Part shown: positions 1-10,152 of the stretch, piece after piece
Layout: each line of letters begins with the position of its first letter
How positions within the stretch are numbered: the stretch's first letter is position 1
From: Rubripirellula sp.
GTDB taxonomy: Bacteria; Planctomycetota; Planctomycetia; Pirellulales; Pirellulaceae
NCBI GenBank assembly: GCA_965216875.1
Contig: OZ244207.1
Coordinates: 7,072,001 to 7,136,000, forward strand
Length of the DNA stretch: 64,000 nt
Reading direction: 5' to 3'
Position numbers and translations under genes: made by a program
Notes under the pieces: model-generated
Databases searched by the model: none
The model's input: the letters and a program-made list of their open reading frames with translations, nothing else
Told to the model about the DNA's origin: nothing

Positions 1-1622
1 CGCATGGGACTTCGGGGCCCTCGCCGCGCAACAAAAAGAAACCAAACTCGCCACATCAAACCGTGGGTCCCGGCCACATTGACGGACGCACTGTCTTGGC
101 GGCGACATCAAACGGTAAGCAACTCAAGACGGATGGCCCCGATGCCTACTTGCTAAACAAACTTGGTAGCCGGCACAGTGACCATGCGATCGAGTTCTTG
201 TCGGAGCATCTCGCGGGAGCCGCGCATGCTGCAAAGCCATTCTTTCTGTACTACCCGAGCAACTCGAATCATGGTCCTCATACACCTGACAAAGCGATCG
301 GCGGTGAACCTGTCGCAGGGGCTTCCAAAAGCGTCTCCGGAAAGTCGATGACCAACCGAAGCGACTACGTTTACGAGAACGATGTCGCGCTTGGTCGGCT
401 GATCGACTTCCTTTCCGACAACGATGATCCACGTCGCCCCGGTGAGAAACTGATCAGCAACACGATCGTGATCTTTACGAGTGACAACGGTGCAGAGATC
501 AAGGCGAAAACGGCGACCGGACCCTTTCGCAGCCATAAGGGATCGGTTTACGAAGGGGGCCATCGCGTGCCCTTTCTTGTCGCCTGGCCGCGCGGCGGTG
601 TCGGCGATGGGAATGGTGAAACGGAGGGTGGTTCAAGTGAAGTGTTGATCGGCTTGCAGGATATGTTCGCCACCTTTGCAGAAGTGGTTGGACGGCCCTT
701 GCCCGACCTTGCTGGCGGCGAGAAGGGAGGCGAAGACAGTGTTAGCGTTCTCGATGCGTGGCGCGGCAAACGTGTGGTGAACCGGCCGATGATGTACCAC
801 GACCATAACGAAGCAAAGGAAGATCGCGCAGTTTCGGCGATTCGTTTTGATGATCCGGTGATCAATGGAAAGACGGTTAGTGGCAAATGGAAACTGTTTC
901 TCGATCCGTCGCTCTTGCGTTCGGGGACGGTCAAGGCGATCGAGTTGTATGATTTGGCAACCGATTCGAGAGAAACCGTTGATCGCTTGAGTGACCGTGA
1001 AACGTTTGCCGTCGCGCGGCATTTGTCTGACCTTGCCAGATTGCATCGAACCGTCGGTGGTCATCGACTCGCGGCACTCGCATCAAACAAGCGTTTCCGC
1101 CTTGATTTTCGCGCCAAACGAGATTCCAACGGCCAAGCTCAGCAGATTGTTGGTTTGGCAACTCGGTTTTCTGGTGCAAGTGGCACCCAAACCGTTTCCT
1201 TTGGAAAGGGCGCCGACACGGTCACGGCAACGATTGTCGCAGCTCGCAACGGCGAACGTCTTGATCGGGCTACCTTCAACGTCAATCCACGCGGCTTGGG
1301 GATTGATGGCGGACAATTCGAACAAGTCGATTCGGGTGAGGCGATTGTTGTTTCGTTTGATCGCGATGTGATTGTTGAATCTGCGGCGATCGTCGCGGGC
1401 AACGGTTCGTGCGGTGGCTACTATCAAGTGGGCGAAGGGTCGCCCATGGCGATCTATTGCACCGACGCCGATATCGATGCGCAAGATCAGTCGGGCCAAC
1501 TGAGCGATATTGGTGTGATCAAAGTGGGTACCACACTGAGGTTGGACAGCCGGCCTCACTATGGTGTCGAAGAGCCAGGGGCCTGGCGACTCGAAGCGCT
1601 GACCGTTCGTTTGTTGAAATAG
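1..1622 (+). CDS. Sulfatase family protein with extra C-terminal beta-rich domain (5' truncated by window edge)
   Basis: Frame is open from position 3. Sulfatase motifs PFFLYY..HGPH, NTIVIFTSDNG, KGSVYEGGHRVPFLVAWP and ELYDLATD are present. The N-terminal CxPxR motif lies outside the window. Confidence 0.9.
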   Translation, partial: HGTSGPSPRNKKKPNSPHQTVGPGHIDGRTVLAATSNGKQLKTDGPDAYLLNKLGSRHSDHAIEFLSEHLAGAAHAAKPFFLYYPSNSNHGPHTPDKAIGGEPVAGASKSVSGKSMTNRSDYVYENDVALGRLIDFLSDNDDPRRPGEKLISNTIVIFTSDNGAEIKAKTATGPFRSHKGSVYEGGHRVPFLVAWPRGGVGDGNGETEGGSSEVLIGLQDMFATFAEVVGRPLPDLAGGEKGGEDSVSVLDAWRGKRVVNRPMMYHDHNEAKEDRAVSAIRFDDPVINGKTVSGKWKLFLDPSLLRSGTVKAIELYDLATDSRETVDRLSDRETFAVARHLSDLARLHRTVGGHRLAALASNKRFRLDFRAKRDSNGQAQQIVGLATRFSGASGTQTVSFGKGADTVTATIVAARNGERLDRATFNVNPRGLGIDGGQFEQVDSGEAIVVSFDRDVIVESAAIVAGNGSCGGYYQVGEGSPMAIYCTDADIDAQDQSGQLSDIGVIKVGTTLRLDSRPHYGVEEPGAWRLEALTVRLLK

Positions 1623-1647
1623 CAACCATCATTGGATAGGAAACACT

Positions 1648-3093
1648 ATGAGTCGTTGGAATGTCTTTGGGCGTGCCGTTGGGTTGGTTGCTTCCATCGT
1701 GGTCTCGCTCGCAGCAGTCACACAACAAGCCTCCGCCGCACAGCCAAACATCGTCTTGGTGTTTGTTGACGACATGGGATGGGGTGACTTCTCTTGCTTT
1801 GGCAACGAAACGGTCGAGACCGAGAATATCGACCGTTTGGCTGACGAAGGCATTCGGTTCGAGCAGTTCTATGTCAACTCACCGATCTGTTCGCCGTCAC
1901 GGGTAGCGATTTCGACGGGCCAGTACCCTCAGCGCTGGCGCATCACCTCGTATCTGAACAACCGCAAGAGCAACATCGAACGTGGAATGGCCCAGTGGCT
2001 TGATCCTTCGGCGCCGATGTTGGCAAGGTTTCTGCACAATGCCGGGTACGCAACCGGTCACTTCGGCAAGTGGCATATGGGCGGGCAACGGGATGTGGGC
2101 GAGGCGCCGTTGATTACGCAATATGGTTTCGACAAGTCGCTGACCAACTTTGAAGGACTTGGGCCGCGCGTGTTGGCGATTTGCGACGCGCACAATGGAT
2201 CACCCACGCGGCGCCACACTTTGGGATCAGACAAGTTGGGCCGGGGCGAGATCCTCTGGGAAGATCGCTCGTTAGTGACGCAGTCATTCACACACGCCGC
2301 GATTGATTTCGTCAAAGAGGCCGCTTCGGCAAACAAGCCCTTCTACGTCAATGTCTGGCCCGATGATGTCCACTCGCCTTTCTATCCGCCCGAGGCGCGG
2401 CGCGGTGATGGGTCAAAACGCAAACTGTACGAAGGCGTGCTCGACACGATGGATGAGCAACTTGGCGAGTTGTTCAACTTGATTCGAGAAGATGAGACGC
2501 TGCGAAAAAACACACTGATTCTCGTCTGTAGCGACAACGGGCCAGAGTTGGGTGCGGGATCGGCCGGTCCGTTTCGAGGCCACAAGACGAAGTTGTACGA
2601 AGGTGGCGTGCGGTCGTCGCTTGTCGTTTGGGGGCCTGGGCTGGTTCGCGGCGCCGGAACGGTGAACACACAATCGTACTTTTCAGCGATCGACTTGGTT
2701 CCCTCGTTGCTTGAGATCGCTGGTGTTGACGCGTTGGGTGTCAACTTCGACGGCGAATTGCTCGCCGACGTCGTGTTGGGCAAGTCGCAGGCGTCGCGAA
2801 GAGAGATGCTCTTTTTCCGACGCCCTCCCGATCGTGACGCGTTCTACGGCGATGACGATCTACCCGACTTGGCGGTCCGCGATGGCGATTGGAAACTTCT
2901 TTGCGAATACGATGGTTCGGATCGGCAACTCTATAACCTTGCGACCGATCGAGGTGAGACGACTAACGTTGCCACGGAGCATGCGGCCGTGGCCGACCGA
3001 CTGTCAAAGCGACTCCTCACTTGGCACAAAGAGATGCCGTCAGATCATGGGGCGACCTACCGATCGCCAAAGAAACGTCGCGGCAAAAAATGA
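1648..3093 (+). CDS. Arylsulfatase (formylglycine-dependent) with signal peptide
   Basis: PNIVLVFVDDMGWGD, CSPSR sulfatase signature, GYATGHFGKWHMG, SDNG, LYEGGVR. Confidence 0.95.
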   Translation: MSRWNVFGRAVGLVASIVVSLAAVTQQASAAQPNIVLVFVDDMGWGDFSCFGNETVETENIDRLADEGIRFEQFYVNSPICSPSRVAISTGQYPQRWRITSYLNNRKSNIERGMAQWLDPSAPMLARFLHNAGYATGHFGKWHMGGQRDVGEAPLITQYGFDKSLTNFEGLGPRVLAICDAHNGSPTRRHTLGSDKLGRGEILWEDRSLVTQSFTHAAIDFVKEAASANKPFYVNVWPDDVHSPFYPPEARRGDGSKRKLYEGVLDTMDEQLGELFNLIREDETLRKNTLILVCSDNGPELGAGSAGPFRGHKTKLYEGGVRSSLVVWGPGLVRGAGTVNTQSYFSAIDLVPSLLEIAGVDALGVNFDGELLADVVLGKSQASRREMLFFRRPPDRDAFYGDDDLPDLAVRDGDWKLLCEYDGSDRQLYNLATDRGETTNVATEHAAVADRLSKRLLTWHKEMPSDHGATYRSPKKRRGKK

Positions 3094-3153
3094 ACTCGTG
3101 CTGTTGGATTTCTTGGCGTGGTCGTTGACCAAGTTTGACGTCGATCATTTAGA

Positions 3154-4041
3154 ATGGGAGCGATGTCCAACAAAAACAACCAATCACTTGGCAATGGCGA
3201 CCGGCCGCGTGTCGTCATCTTAGGAGTCCCGGAGCGTGCACGGGTGCGATCCGAGTTGACGCGTTTGCGTCCCGCGATCGCCGAACACGCCGAAATCGTT
3301 GTTGAAGACCTGGAGTTTCAATACGACTTTTCTGATGAGGACATCGACCTGGTCATCGTGCTTGGTGGCGACGGGTCGATCCTGCAGTCGGCTCGTCAGA
3401 TGGGGACGCATCAAATTCCCGTGCTTGGCGTCAACTGTGGGCGACTTGGTTTTCTTGCCGCATTGTTGCCCGACGACTTCCTTCGAGTTTGGCCCGACGT
3501 GGTTGCTGGAAAGTACGGCATCGTCGATCACTTGATGTTGCAGACGACGTTGATTCGCGAAGGCGAGACGATTGGGAGTCAATTGGCTTTGAATGAAGCT
3601 GCGGTTTTGGGCGGTCCTCCCTTCAATATTCTCGGCATCGATTTGTATGCCGATGGACACCTTGCAACCCGCTACCGGTGTGATGGCTTGATCGTGGCGA
3701 CGCCTGTCGGATCGACAGCGCACAACCTGTCGGCGGGTGGACCGATCCTTCGCCACAACGTCGAAGCCATCGTCATTTCGCCCATCAGTCCACACACGTT
3801 GACCTATCGGCCGCTGGTCGATTCGGCCGATACCGTGCTGGAATTGATGGTGACCGAGCCCAATGCTTCGACCAGCATCGTGGTCGATGGACGAATGTTG
3901 GGGCAATTGATGTCGGGTGACCGCGTTCGGATTGAACGGGCCAATGAAGTGTTTCGAATGCTCTCTGTGCCGGGCCAAAATGACTATCGAGCACTACGCG
4001 AGAAACTTGGCTGGAGCGGAAGCGTCTCGGTGAAAGGTTGA
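3154..4041 (+). CDS. nadK: NAD(+) kinase
   Basis: LGGDGS, GVNCGRLGFL, ALNE and DGLIVATPVGSTAHNLSAGGP motifs. Confidence 0.95.
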   Translation: MGAMSNKNNQSLGNGDRPRVVILGVPERARVRSELTRLRPAIAEHAEIVVEDLEFQYDFSDEDIDLVIVLGGDGSILQSARQMGTHQIPVLGVNCGRLGFLAALLPDDFLRVWPDVVAGKYGIVDHLMLQTTLIREGETIGSQLALNEAAVLGGPPFNILGIDLYADGHLATRYRCDGLIVATPVGSTAHNLSAGGPILRHNVEAIVISPISPHTLTYRPLVDSADTVLELMVTEPNASTSIVVDGRMLGQLMSGDRVRIERANEVFRMLSVPGQNDYRALREKLGWSGSVSVKG

Positions 4042-4050
4042 TCTCCGTTG

Positions 4051-4452
4051 GGCCCGACGCTAGCGCGTTCGGCTCACACGTTGCACTCTCAGCCGCAGAG
4101 CGATAGCTCGCGGTTCCGAGGTGATCGAGAAAAGGTAGAAACCGCACGCTATCGCGTGGCGGCTCATGATTTGCCCTCGTTACCACGCTCGGCGTGGTAA
4201 CGCACTCACGGACGCTCCGCGTCCTCTCCGCCGACCGTAGCTTCGTTCGCCAGAAGGTGGTTCCATTGGCGGACCGCTTTGCGCGATTCCCACGCTCTGG
4301 CGAGCGTAGCTACGAAGCGTGGTGGCGGCGTTTGTAGTCCCGCCTTTAGGCGGAATGGGTGAAGATTCCGGCTAAAGCTCGGTACTACGAACGGGCAATT
4401 CGCAAGCGCAGTCATCGCTACCTTCCCTACGCTCTGGCGAGCGTCGCTACGA
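4051..4452. repeat. Mosaic cluster of palindromic REP-like elements (families A, E, D, B, C)
   Basis: GGCCCGACGCTAGCGCGTTCGGCTCAC (4051-4077); inverted pair CAGCCGCAGAGCGATAGCTCGCGGTT..AACCGCACGCTATCGCGTGGCGGCT; CTCGTTACCACGCTCGGCGTGGTAACG; CGTAGCTTCGTTCGCCAGAAGGTGG..CCACGCTCTGGCGAGCGTAGCTACG; GTAGTCCCGCCTTTAGGCGGAA..TTCCGGCTAAAGCTCGGTACTAC. All recur elsewhere in the window. Confidence 0.85.
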
Positions 4453-4555
4453 AGAAGATGGCTTTCGGCCCGACGCGATTACTGGTTTATCCCTGTTTTG
4501 CCGTGCGAAAAGTTCTGTTGTCGCATGTCGGCAAATCTGCCACCATCTTGCCGGT

Positions 4556-5455
4556 GTGAAACTCCGATCTTTGCCGCGTAAGGAGACCGTGATCGTGAAC
4601 CGCATTGCTTGGGTGATGATGCCCGCGTTGTTTTTGTTTGGGCAAACAACCGTCCGGTCTGATGAGGCTGCGCAAAAGTACCTGCTTCGCTATGACCTGA
4701 AAAAGGGCGAACAGATCCAGTACGAAGTGACGCACGTCGCCAAGACCAAGACGCGAGTCAACGGTACCGAAGAGGTTTCGCAGGTTCATACGACGAGTCA
4801 GCGGCACTGGGATGTGACCGGGCAAGACAAAGGGAAGATGACCTTTAGTCACGTGATCGACTCGGTCCAATTGACCCAGCAACAGGGCGATGCCGAAGAG
4901 GTCCGCTGGGACAGCGAGAAGGGTGATTCACCACCGCAGATTTTCGAACGCGTTGCGGAACAGATCGGTGATCCACTGGCCACAGTCACGATCAATCAAC
5001 GTGGTCAAGAAAAGAACCGCGAGGATCATGGCGGAACGAAAGCGAACTTGGGAATGGGCGCGTTGACGCTCGCTTTCCCTGAAGAGCCGATTGCGGTAGG
5101 CGATTCGTGGGCGGTGCCACGAGAGATCAAAGTTCGTGCGCCAGATGGCAGCGTGAAAGTGATCAAGATTCGCGAACTGTACACCCTGGAAAAGGTGAAA
5201 ACGGGCGTCGCGACGTTGACCATCAAAAGCCAACCACTTACCCCAGTCGATGAGGAATCGGTACAGGCTCAACTCGTTCAACAATTGAGCAAGGGTGAGA
5301 TTCGGTTCGACGTAGACAACGGACGGATGTTGAGCAAGCAGCTCGACTGGGATGAAACCGTCGTTGGGTTTCAGGGTGCGAATAGTTTGATGGAATACCG
5401 CGCTCGCTTAACCGAACGCATGGTCGACGGCATCAAACGAACAGCGCGCCGCTAG
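4556..5455 (+). CDS. Exported hypothetical protein (DUF6263-like); true start probably near 4595
   Basis: Signal-peptide-like N-terminus, LRYDLKKGEQIQY and FPEEPIAVGDSW motifs, beta-rich composition. Confidence 0.7.
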   Translation: MKLRSLPRKETVIVNRIAWVMMPALFLFGQTTVRSDEAAQKYLLRYDLKKGEQIQYEVTHVAKTKTRVNGTEEVSQVHTTSQRHWDVTGQDKGKMTFSHVIDSVQLTQQQGDAEEVRWDSEKGDSPPQIFERVAEQIGDPLATVTINQRGQEKNREDHGGTKANLGMGALTLAFPEEPIAVGDSWAVPREIKVRAPDGSVKVIKIRELYTLEKVKTGVATLTIKSQPLTPVDEESVQAQLVQQLSKGEIRFDVDNGRMLSKQLDWDETVVGFQGANSLMEYRARLTERMVDGIKRTARR

Positions 5456-5554
5456 TCCATCCATACGGCGTGCCGTTGCACGCAGGCCATTGTTTGGCAG
5501 GTTTTATTCGTGGGTTGGTGCGTGCGAACGCACACCCCTATTTAACCGCTGACA

Positions 5555-5872
5555 CTACCAGCCCACCGAACGTCGCCGATGCGGTTTGCTCGATCGGCGG
5601 CTCGGCTTCATTCGATCCGGATGACATTGATCAAGTCGGGTCGGTTCTCCGCGTAGGGCGTATCTGGCCCACGTGCCGTTGTTGATCGCGTGAACGGCTC
5701 GATCGACGGTGAATCCAAGTGGCACCGGCTGGCGTAGCGGAACGTCGTCGACGCTGACGACAAAGTAGCGGCCATCGTCTTGGGCTTCCATCGTGCGGAT
5801 TTGGCATTCCACACCAAGGCGGTGGGCTAACTCTTCAAGCCGTCGCGTCGTCATATCGGAATAGGCACGCAT
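5555..5872 (-). CDS. Small hypothetical protein (105 aa)
   Basis: ATG at 5872 preceded by a GAGGGGG SD-like sequence; globular-looking composition; occupies an otherwise empty gap. Confidence 0.6.
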   Translation of the reverse strand: MRAYSDMTTRRLEELAHRLGVECQIRTMEAQDDGRYFVVSVDDVPLRQPVPLGFTVDRAVHAINNGTWARYALRGEPTRLDQCHPDRMKPSRRSSKPHRRRSVGW

Positions 5873-6009
5873 GACATTTCCCCCTCGCACTCATCACAGT
5901 GCAAATGGGGTGCCCAGCCGGAAAAGGTGTCTTGGCGCCCTTTTGAGTGCGGATTCGCACGCGCGATGTGCCGCCTAGTCTCTCCTCGGACGCTCTGCGT
6001 CCTTATCCC

Positions 6010-6087
6010 GTGAGCCGAACGCGCTAGCGTCGGGCACCTCAAGATCAAAAGAGGGTGTAAGGCCCGACGCTAGCGCGTTCGGCTCAC
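6010..6087. repeat. Inverted doublet of REP family A
   Basis: GTGAGCCGAACGCGCTAGCGTCGGGC (6010-6035) and its reverse complement (6061-6087). Confidence 0.9.
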
Positions 6088-6165
6088 ATAAAATCACCGA
6101 CTCTCCCAAGGGCCAAGGGAGAGTGTTTTCGAAGCCCGATGGAAACGCAATTGCAATCCGCAGCA

Positions 6166-7194
6166 CTAGTCTCTGGGGATGCTCATCGGTTGCCCGCTCA
6201 TCGACAGGTAGACAACGGCGAGGACAACCGCGGTGTAGCCGCCAAACGCAACCATCGTTGCAATGACGCCGACGCACAACGCGAGCAAGCCTACGATAAA
6301 GGCCGCGATCCCTAATCCGAACATCATCAGAGACAGAATGAAGAGATTCCCTTTATTTCCATCGGTCAGTCGATACGACAATCGCATCGCTTCGATGGCG
6401 TTGACGCGGCGGTCGATGATGATTGGTTGGATCTGTGAGAACATGATCGAAACAATGATGATTGGGATGACGGCGAAGAGGAAACCACCAACGGCGCCGA
6501 CGGCAGCACCCTCACCCGCTTGCATCACGACGCCACCAACGACTGCCGGGATGCCAACCAAGCCAACCAGGATAGCCGAGATGAGCACCGTGATAAGGAA
6601 GGTCGCGATCAACGTGTGAAGCAGCATTGGACCACCGCCGAATACCTTGCCAATCTCAACCGGCCGACCTCGGACGATATCGAGCATCACGATCATTTGG
6701 CCAATCTGAACCCAAATGTTGAGCACCCAGAAGACAAGCCCAAATCCCATTTGCACAACAAATCCAAGCTCGGGCGCATTGAGACCTTCAACGAAGACGG
6801 CGTTCGCACCCGATTGGAGTACCTGCCCAACCGTGTTGATGGCGCCAACGATGATGACAACCACGATCACCATCGCCCAGTGCTTCTTAAAGACCGCCCA
6901 GGCATCGGCCAACACGTCACCAGCGTTGATCGTCTGAAGCGACCAATCGGCGGGAGCGTTCGGCTGGACGTCGGGAAAGGATGGGTTTGGCGCGTAAGGA
7001 TCGTTGCTTCGATACGACGCTGAAGGCCCAGCATCATTGAGGGAACTGGTCGGCGTCTGCGCTGCATCGGCGCCAGCCCCTGCGGTCTGTTGCGGGTCGA
7101 ATACGTGCGAGCAACTTGGGCAGCGGGCTTTGCGGGACAGGTCGGTGACTCGAAGCAGCGAGTCGCATTCGGGGCATCGTATCTCGACGGACAT
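6166..7194 (-). CDS. Integral membrane protein with N-terminal zinc ribbon
   Basis: CPEC...CPSC at the N-terminus, low-complexity linker, then multiple hydrophobic helices (DUF975-like layout). Confidence 0.85.
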   Translation of the reverse strand: MSVEIRCPECDSLLRVTDLSRKARCPSCSHVFDPQQTAGAGADAAQTPTSSLNDAGPSASYRSNDPYAPNPSFPDVQPNAPADWSLQTINAGDVLADAWAVFKKHWAMVIVVVIIVGAINTVGQVLQSGANAVFVEGLNAPELGFVVQMGFGLVFWVLNIWVQIGQMIVMLDIVRGRPVEIGKVFGGGPMLLHTLIATFLITVLISAILVGLVGIPAVVGGVVMQAGEGAAVGAVGGFLFAVIPIIIVSIMFSQIQPIIIDRRVNAIEAMRLSYRLTDGNKGNLFILSLMMFGLGIAAFIVGLLALCVGVIATMVAFGGYTAVVLAVVYLSMSGQPMSIPRD

Positions 7195-7474
7195 GATCAG
7201 TTTCTAAGTTGGATTGGGATGCACGGAGCGGCGAATTCACGGTAATCGTCAGCGTCAACACCGATGCGTCAGCGTAGCGGTTGTCATTGCGCGGTGCCAC
7301 GCCCACTTTGCCTACAATGGAGCCAAAAGGGGTGGCCTTTTCAGGCCAAAGACCGACGTCGGACAGGGCGCCAGAACCATCGAATCGGACCGATGTAACG
7401 CGCTAACGTTTTATTTCCTGAGCCAAACGCGCCGCATCCGCCAGTCAAACCAACTTTTTCCGAAAACGAATCGC

Positions 7475-8488
7475 ATGCAAGCCAAGAATCGAGACCTGTT
7501 GTCGAACACTCGCTGCAATCGTTTCCTGTTGGCGCCGGTTCTGGCGATGATGGTTTTTTCCAGTGCAAACGCCGCCTCGCCGGGGGCCAAGGCGAGTGTG
7601 TCGGCAGCGCTTCCGTATTTGCAACGCGAGGGCGTGGCGTGGATGGACAAGCGAGGCTGCGTGTCCTGTCATCAGATCCCCGCAATGCTATGGAGTCTTG
7701 ATGCGGCGGCTGCGCACGGATTCGACGTTGATGCGACGAAGTTGCAGGAGTGGAAAACGTGGTCCACCCAGCCGGTCAACTTTGTCAAACCAGCAGAGAA
7801 GAAAGAGGACTTGGACGTCGCAAAGACGTTGGCATCCAACATCGACACGATGAGTGCGTTGCTGCTGGCGATTTCCCCCAGCGCGGAATCTGAAGCGGAC
7901 GCTGACACGCAGTGGCGAAACCAATTTGTTAATGCTCTGGTCGCAAATCAGCGCGGTGACCATAGCTGGAAACCGTGTGGCCAGCTTCCCGCGCAAAAGC
8001 GTCCCGGCCGCGAGACAACGCAAGTCACGACCATGTGGACGCTTATCGCATTGGGACGCAATCAAGGTGACGCCAAATCACTGAAAGAAGCCCTTGCGTT
8101 TGTCGACAAGGGCGACGACCGCATCTCGATCGAATGGTGGGTCGCGCGCATGTTGCTTGCCCAGCAACAGGGTGAGCCGATGGATCGATACCGCGACGAG
8201 ATCGCCCAGCGTCAGCGTGACGATGGCGGGTGGGGGTGGCTTAACGAAGATGAAAGCGATGCGCTTGCTACCGGAATGGCACTCTACGCGCTCTCGACCT
8301 CCGGCCATTCAAAAGACGACGCGATTGAGCGAGCGACGAAGTGGCTTGTCGATACTCAGAAAGAGGATGGCTCCTGGGCTGTACCGGGAACAAAGAAGTC
8401 GACCAAAGACAAGCCAACCCCAACGGCTAACTACTGGGGGACGGCTTGGGCAGTGATCGGCATGTTGGAATCAGGGCACGCGGATTGA
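7475..8488 (+). CDS. Exported prenyltransferase/squalene-oxidase (QW) repeat protein with CxxCH motif
   Basis: Signal peptide, CVSCH, QW-like repeats QRGDHSW, QRDDGGW and QKEDGSW. No DxDD cyclase motif seen. Confidence 0.8.
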   Translation: MQAKNRDLLSNTRCNRFLLAPVLAMMVFSSANAASPGAKASVSAALPYLQREGVAWMDKRGCVSCHQIPAMLWSLDAAAAHGFDVDATKLQEWKTWSTQPVNFVKPAEKKEDLDVAKTLASNIDTMSALLLAISPSAESEADADTQWRNQFVNALVANQRGDHSWKPCGQLPAQKRPGRETTQVTTMWTLIALGRNQGDAKSLKEALAFVDKGDDRISIEWWVARMLLAQQQGEPMDRYRDEIAQRQRDDGGWGWLNEDESDALATGMALYALSTSGHSKDDAIERATKWLVDTQKEDGSWAVPGTKKSTKDKPTPTANYWGTAWAVIGMLESGHAD

Positions 8489-8532
8489 GCGGCGCCGGGA
8501 GAGCGAAAAAAAAGTGCGTGCAAGCGCACAGC

Positions 8533-9927
8533 CTACGAGCGCAGATGGATGGTGATCGAGACGATCAGCGCGGCGACAAGGGCTAGGAGGGCCACGAGCG
8601 CCAGGCCGGCGTTGTTCCGAACCGAGCGTTTCAGGCGATGGGCAAGTGGTTCGTCGTGGCAACGGACCGGCAGGTCAGCCAAATAGCGTCGCACATCATC
8701 AGCCAGCGCCGTCACCGAGCCATACCGCTGATGCGGCAACCGCGCCATCGCGCGTCGGCAAATTGCGTCCACTGGTGCGGGCAGCCCGTTTGCGAGGTTG
8801 AGATTGCCGTTTTGGACGTCGGCAACGTACGTCGCTGAAGCTGTATCAAATGGTGGCTTGCCAGAAACGATCGTGTGTAGCGTTGCGCCGAGCGCGAACA
8901 CGTCGCTGGCCTGCGAAAGTTCCGGACGACTACAGCAGGCCATTTCGGGGCTCATGTATTGAAGTCCCGGAATCGACGCGATGTCGTTGGCATAGGTGTC
9001 GAGCAAGCCCGGAACCAACGGCTGGAGCGGTTCGTGGGCTGCGGCGTGGTCAACCGCCAGGGTCGATGGTTCTGGCGTGACTTCGGGTTCGTCAGGATCG
9101 AGGAACGTTGCCAAGTCCCAGTCGATCACGATCGTTTCGCCATGTTCGCCCAGCATGATGCTTTCAGGTTTGATGCCACGATGCATGATGCCACGAAAAT
9201 GCGCGTACGCAATCGTGTCGCAGACGGAAAGGAAGCGGCGGAGTAGGTCGTCCATCTCCAATTGGTACTCTTCCTGAGAGTACCGCGACTTGTTCTCGTG
9301 GAAACGGGCGATCGCCAGGTTGAGAGGTTCGCCATCGATCAACCGACTTGCATAATAGGGACGGCCGTTGCTGTGGCCGAGGCTGTAGATCGGTGGAACG
9401 CCACTGTGTTCGAGCCGGCCGGCAATCTTCGCTTCACGAAGAAAGCGGACGCGCGTTCTCGCATTGTCCGAGTATTCGTCCAGCAGGTGTTTGTAGGCGA
9501 CGTGCCGCGGAAGTTCGCGGTCTTTTGCGATTGAGACTTGTCCGAGCCCCACATTCCCAAGTGATCGCGCAACGATGAAGCGTCGACCGTCTCCATTGTT
9601 CTGCTCGGGAATGACCCGTTTTACCTTTTGAGGTGGCGTGCTGTCGCTCGTTGCATCGATCGCCTGTTGTTCGACTTTGTCGATTTGTTCGCGGTCGGAT
9701 TCTGGTAGCGGTTCGGAATCGGACTTGAAGAATTGCCCGGCGACCCTGAGCTCGCGGTTGAGGTCTCGTTCTGACTTGTTGCACAACGAGCAAACCGAGG
9801 GCGCACCATGCTCACCACCGACTCGGGCCAGTTGGTTGAGAAGGCAATTGATGATCTCGGGTGATCCGCATTGGCGTTCACCAGAGAGAGGTTCGACCGG
9901 TTCTGATCCACTTTTTGGTTCGAGCAA
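8533..9927 (-). CDS. Hanks-type Ser/Thr kinase-like protein, probably catalytically inactive, with C-terminal TM helix
   Basis: VAYK, RFLREAKI, YMSPE and SDVFALG are present, but the catalytic loop reads HRGIKPES (D>G, N>S) and DWD replaces DWG/DFG. Start codon uncertain. Confidence 0.8.
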   Translation of the reverse strand: MLEPKSGSEPVEPLSGERQCGSPEIINCLLNQLARVGGEHGAPSVCSLCNKSERDLNRELRVAGQFFKSDSEPLPESDREQIDKVEQQAIDATSDSTPPQKVKRVIPEQNNGDGRRFIVARSLGNVGLGQVSIAKDRELPRHVAYKHLLDEYSDNARTRVRFLREAKIAGRLEHSGVPPIYSLGHSNGRPYYASRLIDGEPLNLAIARFHENKSRYSQEEYQLEMDDLLRRFLSVCDTIAYAHFRGIMHRGIKPESIMLGEHGETIVIDWDLATFLDPDEPEVTPEPSTLAVDHAAAHEPLQPLVPGLLDTYANDIASIPGLQYMSPEMACCSRPELSQASDVFALGATLHTIVSGKPPFDTASATYVADVQNGNLNLANGLPAPVDAICRRAMARLPHQRYGSVTALADDVRRYLADLPVRCHDEPLAHRLKRSVRNNAGLALVALLALVAALIVSITIHLRS

Positions 9928-10152
9928 CGGTGATCAGACTCATGTGGCAAAGTTTGTGAGTTCGACATCAGGCATGCGGCACAGCCAGCAGCGACGGCCC
10001 CCAAACGCCTCAGATCATGGAGCAATCATCACCAAGAAATGGCGGTTCCCACCTGGTGCCCGCTGTGGCTGTGCGAAAAGTGGAATTGGCATCTCAGACC
10101 AATTCCGCAGTCCCACAATCTATCAAGCGCGGGGGCGTTACGCGAAAATTGG

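Noticed and set aside
4051..4452. Possible CRISPR array (also 43637-44086 and 60292-60809)
   Set aside because: The repeats belong to several families, occur as inverted doublets with irregular spacing, and are dispersed; there are no cas genes in the window.
7475..8488. Squalene-hopene cyclase (shc)
   Set aside because: About half the expected length, carries a signal peptide and lacks the DxDD motif.
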